Assembly (NCBI GenBank): GCA_038087875.1
Contig: JAXLNO010000331.1
Location: forward strand, 47,899-67,898
Direction: 5' to 3'
Source: Malacoraja senta
Lineage: Eukaryota
DNA: 20,000 nt
The translations under genes and the position numbers were made by a program. How positions within the stretch are numbered: position 1 is the stretch's first letter; each line of letters opens with the position of its first letter. The notes beneath the pieces are model-generated. The model saw only the letters and a list, made by a program, of their open reading frames with translations, was not told the DNA's origin and did not search any database. This document shows, one piece after another, positions 1 through 10,589 of the stretch.

Positions 1-384
1 GTGAGACTGTGTAAAGGTTTGTGGAACTGTAAACGTTTGTGAGACTGTGTAAAAGTTTGTGAGACTGTGTAAAAGTTCGTGAGGCTGTGTAAAAGTTCGT
101 GAGGCTGTGTAAAAGCTTGTGAAACTAAAAGTTTGTGAGACTAAACATTTGTGAGGCTGTGTAAAGGTTTGTGAGACTATGTAAAGGTTCGTGAGGCTGT
201 GTAAATGTTTGTGAGACTGTGTAAAGGTTTGTGAGGCTGTATAAAAGTTCGTGAGGCTGTGTAAAAGTTTGTGAAACTATAAGTTTGCGAGTAAACATTC
301 GTGAGACTGTGTAAAAGTTTGTGGAACTCTGTAAAAGTTCGTGAGACTTTAAAAGTTTGTGAGGCTGGGTAAAAGTTTGTGAAA
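1..384. repeat. 20-bp minisatellite array 1 (runs off the left edge)
   Basis: Tandem GTGTAAAAGTTTGTGAGACT units with GAGGCT, AAAGG and GTTCG variants, plus 18-bp and 16-bp deletion units. Confidence 0.97.
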
Positions 385-1058
385 AAGCATGCAGGTACAG
401 CAGGCAGTGAAGAAAGCCAATGGCATGTTGGCCTTCATAACAAGAGGAGTTGAGTACAGGAGCAAAGAGGTCCTTCTGCAGGTGTACAGGGCCCTAGTGA
501 GACCACACCTGGAGTATTGTGTGCAGTTTTGGTCCCCTAATTTGAGGAAGGACTTTCTTGCTATTGAGGGAGTCCAGCGTAGGTTCACCAGGTTAATTCC
601 CGGGATGGCGGGACTGTCATACGCTGAGAGAATGGAGCGGCTGGGCTTGTACACTCTGGAGTTTAGAAGGATGAGAGGGCATCTCATTGAAACATATAAG
701 ATTATTAAGGGTTTGGACACGCTAGAGGCAGGAAACATGTTCCCGATGTTGGGGGAGTCCAGAACCAGGGGCCACACACACAGTTTAAGAATAAGGGGTC
801 GGCCATTTAGAACGGAGATGAGGAGAAACGTTTCCACCCAGAGAGTTGTGAATCTGTGGGATTCTCTGCCTCAGAGGGCGGTGGAGGCCGGTTCTCTGGA
901 TACTTTCAAGAGATAGTTAGATAGGGCTCTTAAAGATAGCGGAGTCAGGGGATATGGGGAGAAGGCAGGAACGGGGTACTGATTGGGGATGATCAGCCGT
1001 GATCATATTGAATGGCTTGAAGGGCCGAATGGCCTACTCCTGCACCTATTGTCTATTG
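385..1058 (+). mobile_element. 5'-truncated CR1-clade LINE, subfamily A (ORF2 C-terminus + 3' UTR), copy 1
   Basis: ORF 389-916 reads KKANGMLAFI...[15 protein letters not shown]...QRRFTRLIPG...RTRGH...RVVNLWDSLP, the CR1 ORF2 C-terminal region. Premature TAG at 914-916 (GAG in other A copies). Ends in GGGCCGAATGGCCTACTCCTGCACCTATTGTCTATTG. Confidence 0.93.
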
Positions 1059-2224
1059 AAACTGTGTAAAAGTTTGTGAGACTGTGTAAAAGTTTGTGAG
1101 ACTGTGTAAAAGTTTGTGAGACTGTGTAAAAGTTTGTGAGACTGTGTAAAGGTTTGTGAGTGTGTGAAAGTTTGTGAGACAGTGTGAAGGTTTGTGAGAC
1201 TAAAAGTTTGTGAGACTGTGAATGTTTGTGAGACTGTGTGAAAGTTTGTGAGACTGTGTAAAAGTTTGTGAGACTGTGTAAAAGTTTGTGAGACTGTGTA
1301 AAAGTTTGTGAGACTGTCTAAAAGTTTGTGAGACTGTGTAAAAGTTTGTGAGACTGTGTAAAAGTTTGTGAGACTGTGTAAAAGTTTGTGAGACTGTGTA
1401 AAAGTTTGTGAGACTGTGTAAAAGTTTGTGAGACTGTGTAAAAGTTTGTGAGACTGTAAAAGTTTGTGAGGCTGTGTAAAAGTTTGTGAGACTGTGTAAA
1501 AGTTTGTGAGGCTGTGTAAAAGTTTGTGAGGCTGTGTAAAAGTTTGTGGAAGTGTGTAAAAGTTTGTGAGACTGTGTAAAAGTTTGTGGAAGTGTGTAAA
1601 AGTTTGTGAGACTGTGTAAAAGTTTGTGAGGCTGTGTAAAGGTTTGGGAGACTGTAAAGGTTTGTGAGACTGTGTAAAAGTTTGTGAGGCTGTGTAAAAG
1701 TTTGTGAGACTGTAAAAGTTTGTGAGACTAAAAGTTTGTGAGACTGTGTACAAGTTTGTGGAACTGTGTAAAAGTTTGTGAGACTAAACATTCGTGAGAC
1801 TAAAAGTTTGTGAGACTGTAAATGTTTGTGGAACTGTGTAAAAGTTCGTGAGACTGTGTAAAAGTTCGTGAGGCTGTGTAAAAGTTTGTGGAAGTGTGTA
1901 AAAGTTTGTGAGGCTGTGTAAAGGTTTGTGAGACTGTGTAAAAGTTTGTGAGACTGTGTAAACGTTTGTGAGACTGTGTAAAAGTTTGTGAGACTGTAAA
2001 AGTTTGTGAGACTAAACATTCGTGAGACTGTAAAAGTTTGTGAGACTGTGTAAAAGTTTGTGAGACTGTGTAAAAGTTTGTGGAACTGTGTAAAAGTTTG
2101 TGAGACTAAACATTCGTGAGACTGTAAAAGTTTGTGAGACTGTGTAAAGGTTTGTGAGACTGTGTAAAAGTTTGTGGAAGTGTGTAAAAGTGTGTGAGTG
2201 TGTAAAAGTTTGTGAGACTGTGTA
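1059..2224. repeat. 20-bp minisatellite array 2
   Basis: Same unit, same orientation; includes GGAAGT and GGAACT variants. Confidence 0.97.
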
Positions 2225-2934
2225 ATGAATGAATTGAATGCCATTTTATTGTCACTATACACATGTACAATGAGATTAAAAGCAGCTCGTACTCAGTGCA
2301 GACATGTAATTAGTTCCAAAAACAAAAAACAAAACAAAAGGTGGGGTGGGGGGGTGGGGGGGATAAGGTGCGGAGTTCTGCGGTGCTATATACATATCTA
2401 TAAAAAGACAATGGGTAAATAGAGTGAATAAATAGGATTCCTATATACAGTATGGGTTATTGTACATATTACAAATTACAGTTACAGTACAAATTACAGT
2501 CGGTGGATAGATGGGTCTGTGGGTTAAGCTGTGTAGTCAGTGCATGTGTGAGTTCAGAGAGGTTAAAGCAACTGTTCTTGAGTCTATTTGTCCTTGTTCT
2601 GATGCACCTCTAGCGCCTCCCTGAGGGCAGCAGGTGGAACAGGGCCAAACGCAGGACGGGAGCTGTCCTTGATGATGTCCTTCGCTCTGCTGAGGCAGCG
2701 GGAGGTGTAAATGTCCATCAGGGAGGGGAAGAGGGCAGCCAATGATCTTCTGTGCTGCCCTAACTACCCTCCGGAGCCTCTCCCTGTCTGCCGTGGTGCA
2801 GCTGCGTACCATGCTGTAATGCAGTATGTAAGCAGGCTCTCACTGGACGAGCGGTAGAAGGTCAGGAGCGGGTTGGAGTCCAGGTTGTGGTTCCTGAGGA
2901 CCCTCAGGAAGTGCAGCCGCTGCTGAGCCTTCTT
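2225..2934 (-). mobile_element. Rex1/Babar-clade LINE, 3' part (ORF C-terminus, 3' UTR, tail)
   Basis: Minus strand encodes KKAQQRLHFLRVLR...LLTFYRSSSESLLTYCITAWY, then CTTADRERLRRVVRAAQKIIGCPLP, typical of the Rex1-like C-terminus, with frameshifts. Minus strand ends in GTGACAATAAAATGGCATTCAATTCATTCA (AATAAA plus short tandem tail). Confidence 0.8.
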
Positions 2935-4008
2935 ACATAGAAACATAGACAATAGGTGCAGGAGTAGGCCATTCGGCCCTTCGAGCCTGCACCACCATTC
3001 AATGTGATCATGGCTGATCATCCAACTCAGTATCCCGTACCTGCCTTCTCTCCATACCCCCTGATCCCTTTAGCCACAAGGGCCACATCTAACACCCTCT
3101 TAAATATAGCCAATGAACTGGCCTCAACTACCCTCTGTGGCAGAGAGTTCCAGAGATTCACCACTCTCTGTGTGAAAAAGTTTTTCCTCATCTCGGTCTT
3201 AAAGGATTTCCCCCTTATCCTTAAACTGTGACCCCTTGTCCTGGACTTCCCCAACATCGGGAACAATCTTCCTGCATCTAGCCTGTCCAACCCCATAAGA
3301 ATTTTGTAAGTTTCTATAAGATCCCCTCTCAATCTCCTAAATTCTAGCGAGTACAAGCCGAGTCTATCCAGTCTTTCTTCATATGAAAGTCCTGACATCC
3401 CAGGAATCAGTCTGGTGAACCTTCTCTGCACTCCCTCTATGGCTATAATGTCCTTCCTCAGATTTGGAGACCAAAACTGTACGCAATACTCCAGGTGTGG
3501 TCTCACCAAGACCCTGTACAACTGCAGTAGAACCTCCCTGCTCCTATACTCAAATCCTCTTGCTATGAAGGCCAACACACCATTCGCTTTCTTCACTGCC
3601 TGCTGCACCTGCATGCCTACTTTCAATGACTGGTGTACCATGACACCCAGGTCTCGCTGCATCTCCCCATTTCCTAATCGGCCACCATTTAGATAATAGT
3701 CTGCCTTCCCGTTTTTGCCACCAAAGTGGATAACCTCACATTTATCCACATTATACTGCATCTGCCAAACATTTGCCCACTCACCCAGCCTATCCAAGTC
3801 ACCTTGCAGCCTCCTAGCATCCTCCTCACAGCTAACACTGCCCCCCAGCTTAGTGTCATCCGCAAACTTGGAGATGTTGCTTTCAATTCCCTCGTCCAGA
3901 TCATTAATATATATTGTAAATAGCTGGGGTCCCAGCACTGAGCCTTGCGGTACCCCACTAGTCACTGCCTGCCATTGTGAAAAGGACCCGTTTACTCCTA
4001 CTCTTTGC
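2935..4008 (-). mobile_element. 5'-truncated CR1-clade LINE, subfamily B, nested in the Rex1-like element
   Basis: Uninterrupted ORF 3027-3965: SGVPQGSVLGPQLFTIYINDL...SKFADDTKLGG (RT catalytic motif)...RDLGV...[15 protein letters not shown] to the natural stop. Minus-strand tail CTATTGTCTATGTTTCTATGT at 2935-2955. Confidence 0.95.
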
Positions 4009-4808
4009 GGGAGATGTCAGCGGAGATGAGGACGCCGAGAAACCGGAAGGTGTAGACCCTCTCCACACACTTGCCGTTGATGTCTAGGGGGGCTAAGTCG
4101 GTGCTGTGCCTCCTGGAGTCAACAACGAGCTCGTTTATTTTCTTGGTGTTCAGAGCCAAGTTGTTTTCTGAGCACCAGGCTGTCAACTTCAGGACTTCCT
4201 CTCTATAGGCTGCCTCGCCTCGTCTCCCCTTGAGATGAGTCCGACTACTGTAGTGTCGTCAGCAAACTTGAGGATGCGGTTGTTGCTGTGGGCCGGACTA
4301 CAGTCGTGGGTGTAGAAGACAGTACAGGAGGGGGCTTAGCACACAGCCCTGTGGGGAGCCGGGACTCAACATGCGAGTGGAGGAGAGGTGGGGGCCGAGC
4401 CTCACAGTCTGGGGCCGGTTGGTGAGGAAGTCCTTTATCCAGGCACATGTGAGAGTGGGGAGGCCGAGAGTGACCAGTTTGTCGATGAGAATGAGAATTG
4501 AAAGCTGAGCTGTATTCCACAAAGAGCATCCGGACGTAGCTCTGCCCCAGCTCCACGTGGCTCAGCACAGAGTGGAGAGCTACGGTGATGGTGTCTTCTG
4601 TGGATCTGTTTGGGCGATAGGCCAATTGGTGAGGGTCGAAGTCTGGAGGGAGATAGCCCTTGATGTGCTGGAGGACCAAACTCTCGAAGCACTTGGTGAT
4701 TACCGGAGTCAGAGCCACGGTACGGTAATCATTTAGGCTGGTGATGGGAGACTTCTTCGGCACTGGGACGATTGGGGCTGGTTTTAGGCAGGACGGGGTA
4801 ACTGCCTG
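4009..4808 (-). mobile_element. Rex1/Babar-clade LINE, RT part (frameshifted, 5'-truncated against satellite)
   Basis: [28 protein letters not shown]...[12 protein letters not shown]...[38 protein letters not shown] (about 4230-4270) and FRFLGVLISADIS, spread over different frames. Confidence 0.87.
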
Positions 4809-6833
4809 AGTTTGTGAGACTGTAAAGGTTTGTGAGGCTGTGTAAAAGTTTGTGAGACTGTGTAAAAGTTTGTGAGACTGTGTAAAGGTTTGTGAGACTG
4901 TGTAAAAGTTTGTGAGACTGTGTAAAAGTTTGTGAGACTGTGTAAAAGTTTGTGAGACTGTGTAAAAGTTTGTGAGACTGTGTAAAAGTTTGTGAGACTA
5001 AAAGTTTGTGAGGCAGTGTGTAAAAGTTTGTGAGGCAGTGTAAAGGTTTGTGAGACTGTGTAAAAGTTTGTGAGACTGTGTAAAAGTTTGTGAGACTGTA
5101 AAGGTTTGTGAAACTAAAAGTTTGTGAGACTGTGTAAATGTTGGTGAGACTGTGTAAAGGTTTGTGTGGCTAACAGTTTGTGAGACTGTAAAGGTTTGTG
5201 AGACTGTAAAGGTTGGTGAGACTGTGTAAAAGGTTGGTGAGACTGTGTAAAAGTTCATGAGGCTGTGTAAAAGTTTGTGAGACTGTGTAAAAGTTTGTGA
5301 GGCTGTGTAAAGGTTTGTGAGACTGTGTAAAAGTTTGTGAGACTGTGTAAAAGTTTGTGAGACTGTGTAAAGGTTTGTGAGGCTGTGTAAAGGTTTGTGA
5401 GGCTGTGTAAAAGTTTGTGAGGCTTTGTAAAAGTTTGTGAGACTGTGTAAAAGTTTGTGAGACTGTGTAAAAGTTCGTGAGGCTGTGTAAAAGTTCGTGA
5501 GGCTGTGTAAAAGTTTGTGAGGCTGTGTAAAAGTTTGTGAGGCTGTGTAAAAGTTTGTGAGGCTGTGTAAAAGTTCGTGAGGCAGTGTAAAAGTTCGTGA
5601 GGCAGTGTAAAAGTTTGTGAGGCTGTGTAAAAGTTTGTGAGGCTGTGTAAAAGTTTGTGAGGCTGTGTAAAAGTTTGTGAGACTGTGTAAAAGTTTGTGA
5701 GGCTGTGTAAAAGTTTGTGAGACTGTAAAAGTTTGTGAGGCTGTGTAAAAGTTTGTGAGGCTGTGTAAAAGTTTGTGAGGCTGTGTAAAAGTTTGTGAGG
5801 CTGTAAAAGTTCGTGAGGCAGTGTAAAAGTTTGTGAGGCTGTGTAAAAGTTTGTGAGGCTGTGTAAAAGTTTGTGAGACTGTAAAGGTTTGTGAAACTAA
5901 AAGTTTGTGAGTGTGTAAATGTTGGTGAGACTGTGTAAAGGTTTGTGAGACTAAAAGTTTGTGAGACTGTAAAGGTTTGTGAGACTGTAAAGGTTGGTGA
6001 GACTGTAAAAGGTTGGTGAGACTGTGTAAAAGTTTGTGAGACTGTGTAAAAGTTTGTGAGGCAGTGTAAAAGTTTGTGAGACTGTGTAAAAGTTTGTGAG
6101 ACAGTGTAAAAGTTTGTGAGACTGTAAAAGTTTGTGAGGCAGTGTAAAAGTTTGTGAGACTGTGTAAAAGTTTGTGAGACAGTGTAAAAGTTTGTGAGAC
6201 TGTGTAAAAGTTTGTGAGACTGTGTAAAAGTTTGTGAGACTGTGTAAAAGTTTGTGAGGCAGTGTAAAAGTTTGTGAGACTGTGTAAAAGTTTGTGAGAC
6301 TGTGTAAAAGTTTGTGAGGCTGTGTAAATGTTTGTGAGACTGTGTAAAGGTTTGTGAGGCTGTATAAAAGTTTGTGAGACTGTGTAAAGGTTTGTGGAAC
6401 TGTAAAAGTTTGTGAGACTGTGTAACAGTTTGTGAGGCTGTGTAAAAGTTTGTGAGGCTGTGTAAATGTTTGTGAGACTGTGTAAAGGTTTGTGAGGCTG
6501 TATAAATGTTTGTGAGACTGTGTAAAGGTTTGTGAGACTGTAAAAGTTCGTGAGGCTGTGTAAAAGTTTGTGAGACTGTGTAAAAGTTTGTGAAACTAAA
6601 AGTTTGTGAGACTAAACATTAGTGAGACTGTAAAAGTTTGTGGAACTCTGTAAAGGTTCGTGAGGCTGTGTAAAGGTTTGTGAGGCTGTATAAAAGTCCG
6701 TGAGGCTGTGTAAAAGTTTGTGAAACTATAAGTTTGTGAGTAAACATTCGTGAGACTGTGTAAAAGTTTGTGGAACTGTGTAGAAGTTCATGAGACTTTA
6801 AAAGTTTGTGAGGCTGTGTAAAAGTTTGTGAAA
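4809..6833. repeat. 20-bp minisatellite array 3 (about 2.0 kb)
   Basis: Continuous tandem units with blocks of variant units. Confidence 0.97.
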
Positions 6834-7505
6834 AAGCATGCAGGTACAGCAGGCAGTGAAGAAAGCGAATGGCCTGTTGGCCTTCATAACAAGAGGAGTT
6901 GAGTATAGGAGCAAAGAGGTCCTTCTGCAGTTGTACAGGGCCCTGGTGAGACCACACCTGGAGTATTGTGTGCAGTTTTGGTCCCCTAATTTGAGGAAGG
7001 ACATTCTTGCTATTGAGGGAGCCCAGCGTAGGTTCACCAGGTTAATTCCCGGGATGGCGGGACTGTCATATGCTGAGAGAATGGAGCGGCTGGGCTTGTA
7101 TACTCTGGGGTTTAGAAGGATGAGAGGGTATCTCATTGAAACATATAAGATTATTAAGGGTTTGGACACGCTAGAGGCAGGAAACATGTTCCCGATGTTG
7201 GGGGAGTCCAGAACCAGGGGCCACACACAGTTTAAGAATAAGGGGTCGGCCATTTAGAACGGAGATGAGGAGAAACGTTTCCACCCAGAGAGTTGTGAAT
7301 CTGTGGGATTCTCTGCCTCAGAGGGCGGTGGAGGCCGGTTCTCTGGATACTTTCAAGAGAGAGCTAGATAGGGCTCTTAAAGATAGCGGAGTCAGGGGAT
7401 ATGGGGAGAAGGCAGGAACGGGGTACTGATTGGGGATGATCAGCCATGATCACATTGAATGGCTTGAAGGGCCGAATGACCTACTCCTGCACCTATTGTC
7501 TATTG
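6834..7505 (+). mobile_element. 5'-truncated CR1 subfamily A, copy 2 of the 385-1058 insertion
   Basis: Same 5' junction (TTGTGAAAAAGCATGCAGG) and 3' junction (CTATTGAAACTGTG) as copy 1. ORF 6838-7257 frameshifts at a (CA)4 tract. Confidence 0.93.
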
Positions 7506-7880
7506 AAACTGTGTAAAAGTTTGTGAGACTGTGTGAATGTTTGTGAGACTGTGTAAAAGTTTGTGAGGCTGTGTAAAAGTTTGTGAGACTGTGTAAAAAA
7601 TTTGTGAGACTGTGTAAAAGTTTGTGAGGCTGTGTAAAAGTTTGTGAGACTGTGTAAAAGTTTGTGAGACTGTGTAAAAGTTTGTGAGACTGTGTAAAAG
7701 TTTGTGAGACTGTGTAAAGGTTTGTGAGTGTGTGAAAGTTTGTGAGACTGTGTAAAAGTTTGTGAGACTGTGTAAAAGTTTGTGAGACTGTGTAAAAGTT
7801 TGTGAGGCTGTGTAAAAGTTTGTGAAAATGTGTGATTCTTTTACGGGGTGAAGGTTTGTGAGCCGGTGTGTAAGTGTGTG
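7506..7880. repeat. 20-bp minisatellite array 4, degenerate right edge
   Basis: Clean units to about 7830, then decayed units (GTGAAGGTTTGTGAGCCGGTGTGTAAG). Confidence 0.93.
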
Positions 7881-7916
7881 TCAGCACTTGTGTCAACGTC
7901 CACAACCCTTTTCATA

Positions 7917-8253
7917 TTGTTTGTCATATACATCAATGATCTGGATGATGGTGTGGTAAATTGGATTAGTAAGTATGCAGATGACACTAAGATAGGTGGT
8001 GTTGTGGATAATGAAGTCGATTTTCAAAGTCTACAGAGAGATTTAGGCCATTTGGAAGAGTGGGCTGAAAGATGGCAGATGGAGTTTAATGCTGATAAGT
8101 GTGAGGTGCTACATCTTGGCAGGACAAATCAAAATAGGACGTACATGGTAAATGGTAGCGAATTGAGGAATGCAGTTGAACAGAGGGATCTAGGAATAAC
8201 TGGGCATAGTTCCCTGAAGGTGGAATCTCATGTAGATAGGGTGGGAAAGGGTG
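7917..8253 (+). mobile_element. CR1 subfamily C, 5' piece (RT core)
   Basis: LFVIYINDLDDGVVNWISKYADDTKIGG...WQMEFNADKCEVLH...QRDLGI...ESHVDRV; continues after the nested insertion at 8830. Confidence 0.9.
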
Positions 8254-8829
8254 GTATAGGAGCAGGGAGGTTCTACTGCAGTTGGACAGGGTCTTGGTGA
8301 GACCACACCTGGAGTATTGCGTACAGTTTTGGTCTCCTAATCTGAGGAAGGACATTATTGCCATAGAGGGAGTGCAGAGAAGGTTCACCAGACTGATTCC
8401 TGGGATGGCAGGACTTTCATATGAAGAAAGACTGGATAGACTCGGCTTGTACTCGCTAGAATTGAGAAGATTGAGGTGGGATCTTACAGAAACGTACAAA
8501 ATTCTTAAGGGGTTGGACAGGCTAGATGCAGGAAGATTGTTCCCGATGTTGGGGAAGTCCAGGACAAGGGGTCACAGATTAAGGATAAGGGGGAAATCCT
8601 TTAGGACCGAGATGAGAAAAAAAAATTCACACAGAGAGTGGTGAATCTGTGGAACTCTCTGCCACAGAAGGTAGTTGAGGCCAGTTCATTGGCTATATTT
8701 AAGAGGGAGTTAGATGTGGCCCTTGTGGCTAAAGGGATCAGGGGGTATGGAGAGAAGGCAGGTACGGGATACTGAGTTGGATGATCAGTATGGCCTCTAC
8801 TCCTGCACCTATTGTCTATGTTTCTATGT
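8254..8829 (+). mobile_element. 5'-truncated CR1 subfamily B nested in CR1-C
   Basis: Starts GTATAGGAGCAGGGAGG, closely matches the reverse complement of 2935-3549, frameshifts at an A-run near 8617-8625, and ends CTATTGTCTATGTTTCTATGT. Confidence 0.92.
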
Positions 8830-9204
8830 AAAGAAAGCTTTTGGTGTGCTGGCCTTTATAAATCAGAGCATTGAGTATAGAAGTTGGGATGTAATGTTAA
8901 AATTGTACAAGGCATTGGTGAGGCCAATTCTGGAGTATGGAGTACAATTTTGGTCGCCTAATTATAGGAAGGATGTCAACAAAATAGAGAGAGTACAGAG
9001 GAGATTTACTAGAATGTTGCCTGGGTTTCAGCAACTAAGTTACAGAGAAAGGTTGAACAAGTTAGGTCTTTATTCTTTGGAGCAGCAGAAGGTTAAGAGG
9101 GGACTTGATAGAGGTCTTTAAAATGATGAGCGGGTTAGACAGAGTGGACGTGGATAAGCTTTTCCCATTGAGAGTAGGGAAGATTCAAACAAGGGGACAT
9201 GACT
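8830..9204 (+). mobile_element. CR1 subfamily C, 3' piece cut by the duplication junction
   Basis: KKAFGVLAFINQSIEYRSWD...LVRPILEYGVQFWSP...QTRGHD, then an abrupt switch to minus-strand CR1-B. The complete version is at 15423-16072. Confidence 0.9.
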
Positions 9205-9785
9205 GCACTCCCTCTATGGCAAGAATGTCCTTCCTCAGATTTGGAGACCAAAACTGTACGCAATACTCCAGGTGTGGTCTCACCAAGACCCTGTACAACT
9301 GCAGTAGAACCTCCCTGCTCCTATACTCAAATCCTTTTGCTATGAATGCTAACATACCATTCGCTTTCTTCACTACCTGCTGCACCTGCATGCCTACTTT
9401 CAATGACTGGTGTACCATGACACCCAGGTCTCGCTGCATCTCCCCATTTCCTAATCGGCCACCATTTAGATAATAGTCTGCCTTCCCGTTTTTGCCACCA
9501 AAGTGGAGAACCTCACATTTATCCACATTATACTGCATCTGCCATGCATTTGCCCACTCACCCAACCTATCCAAGTCACCTTGCAGTCTCCTAGCATCCT
9601 CCTCACAGCTAACACTGCCCCCCAGCTTAGTGTCATCCGCAAACTTGGAGATGTTGCCTTCAATTCCCTCATCCAGATCATTAATATAAATTGTAAACAG
9701 CTGGGGTCCCAGCACTGAGCCTTGCGGTACCCCACTAGTCACTGCCTGCCATTGTGAAAAGGACCCGTTTACTCCTACTCTTTGC
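9203..9785 (-). mobile_element. CR1 subfamily B, partial duplicate of 3426-4008
   Basis: ORF 9185-9742 with GVPQGSVLGP and KFADD. Shares the junction to the Rex1-like element (CTCTTTGC|GGGAGATG) with 4008/4009. Confidence 0.93.
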
Positions 9786-10589
9786 GGGAGATGTCAGCGG
9801 AGATGAGGACGCCGAGAAACCGGAAGGTGTAGACCCTCTCCACACACTCGCCGTTGATGTCTAGGGGGGCTAAGTCGGTGCTGTGCCTCCTGGTCGACAA
9901 CTAGCCCTTTTGTTTTCTTGGTGTTCAGAGCCAAGTTGTTTTCTGAGCACCAGGCTGTCAACTTCAGGACTTCCTCTCTATAGGCTGCCTCGCCTCGTCT
10001 CCCCTTGAGATGAGTCCGACTACTGTAGTGTCGTCAGCAAACTTGAGGATGCGGTTGTTGCTGTGGGCCGGGCTACAGTCGTGGGTGTAGAAGACAGTAC
10101 AGGAGGGGGCTTAGCACACAGCCCTGTGGGGAGCCGGGACTCAACATGCGAGTGGAGGAGAGGTGGGGGCCGAGTCTCACAGTCTGGGGCCGGTTGGTGA
10201 GGAAGTCCTTTATCCAGGCACATGTGAGAGTGGGGAGGCCGAGAGTGACCAGTTTGTCGATGAGAATGAGAATTGAAAGCTGAGCTGTATTCCACAAAGA
10301 GCATCCGGACGTAGCTCTGCCCCTGCTCCTGCTCCAGCCCGCTCAGCACAGAGTGGAGAGCTACGGTGATGGTGTCTTCTGTGGATCTGTTTGGGCGATA
10401 GGCCAATTGGTGAGGGTCGAAGTCTGGAGGGAGATAGCCCTTGATGTGCTGGAGGACCAAACTCTCGAAGCACTTGGTGATTACCGGAGTCAGAGCCACG
10501 GGACGGTAATCATTTAGGCTGGTGATGGGAGACTTCTTCGGCACTGGGACGATTGGGGCTGGTTTTAGGCAGGACGGGGTAACTGCCTG
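9786..10589 (-). mobile_element. Rex1/Babar-clade LINE RT fragment, duplicate of 4009-4808
   Basis: [15 protein letters not shown]...[10 protein letters not shown]...; same frameshift after SSAFN and same satellite junction (ACTGCCTGAGTTTGTGAG). Confidence 0.87.

Noticed and set aside
2341..2362. G-quadruplex-capable G-run
   Set aside because: A low-complexity tract inside the Rex1-like 3' UTR with no evidence of function.
3027..3965. Active or domesticated reverse transcriptase gene (also 18863-19777)
   Set aside because: No ATG start, 5'-truncated within RT, no endonuclease or ORF1. The open frame only indicates a young insertion.
4809..6833. Cryptic V(D)J recombination signals in the satellite (minus strand CACAGTC + 22 nt + ACAAACTTT)
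   Set aside because: The heptamer matches 6/7 but the nonamer only 5/9 and lacks the critical A-tract positions; no V, D or J segments are present.
7848..9473. Chimeric ORFs spanning junctions (7848-8300, 8714-9121, 9105-9473) as fusion genes
   Set aside because: Chance read-through across insertion and duplication junctions, mostly with non-ATG starts.
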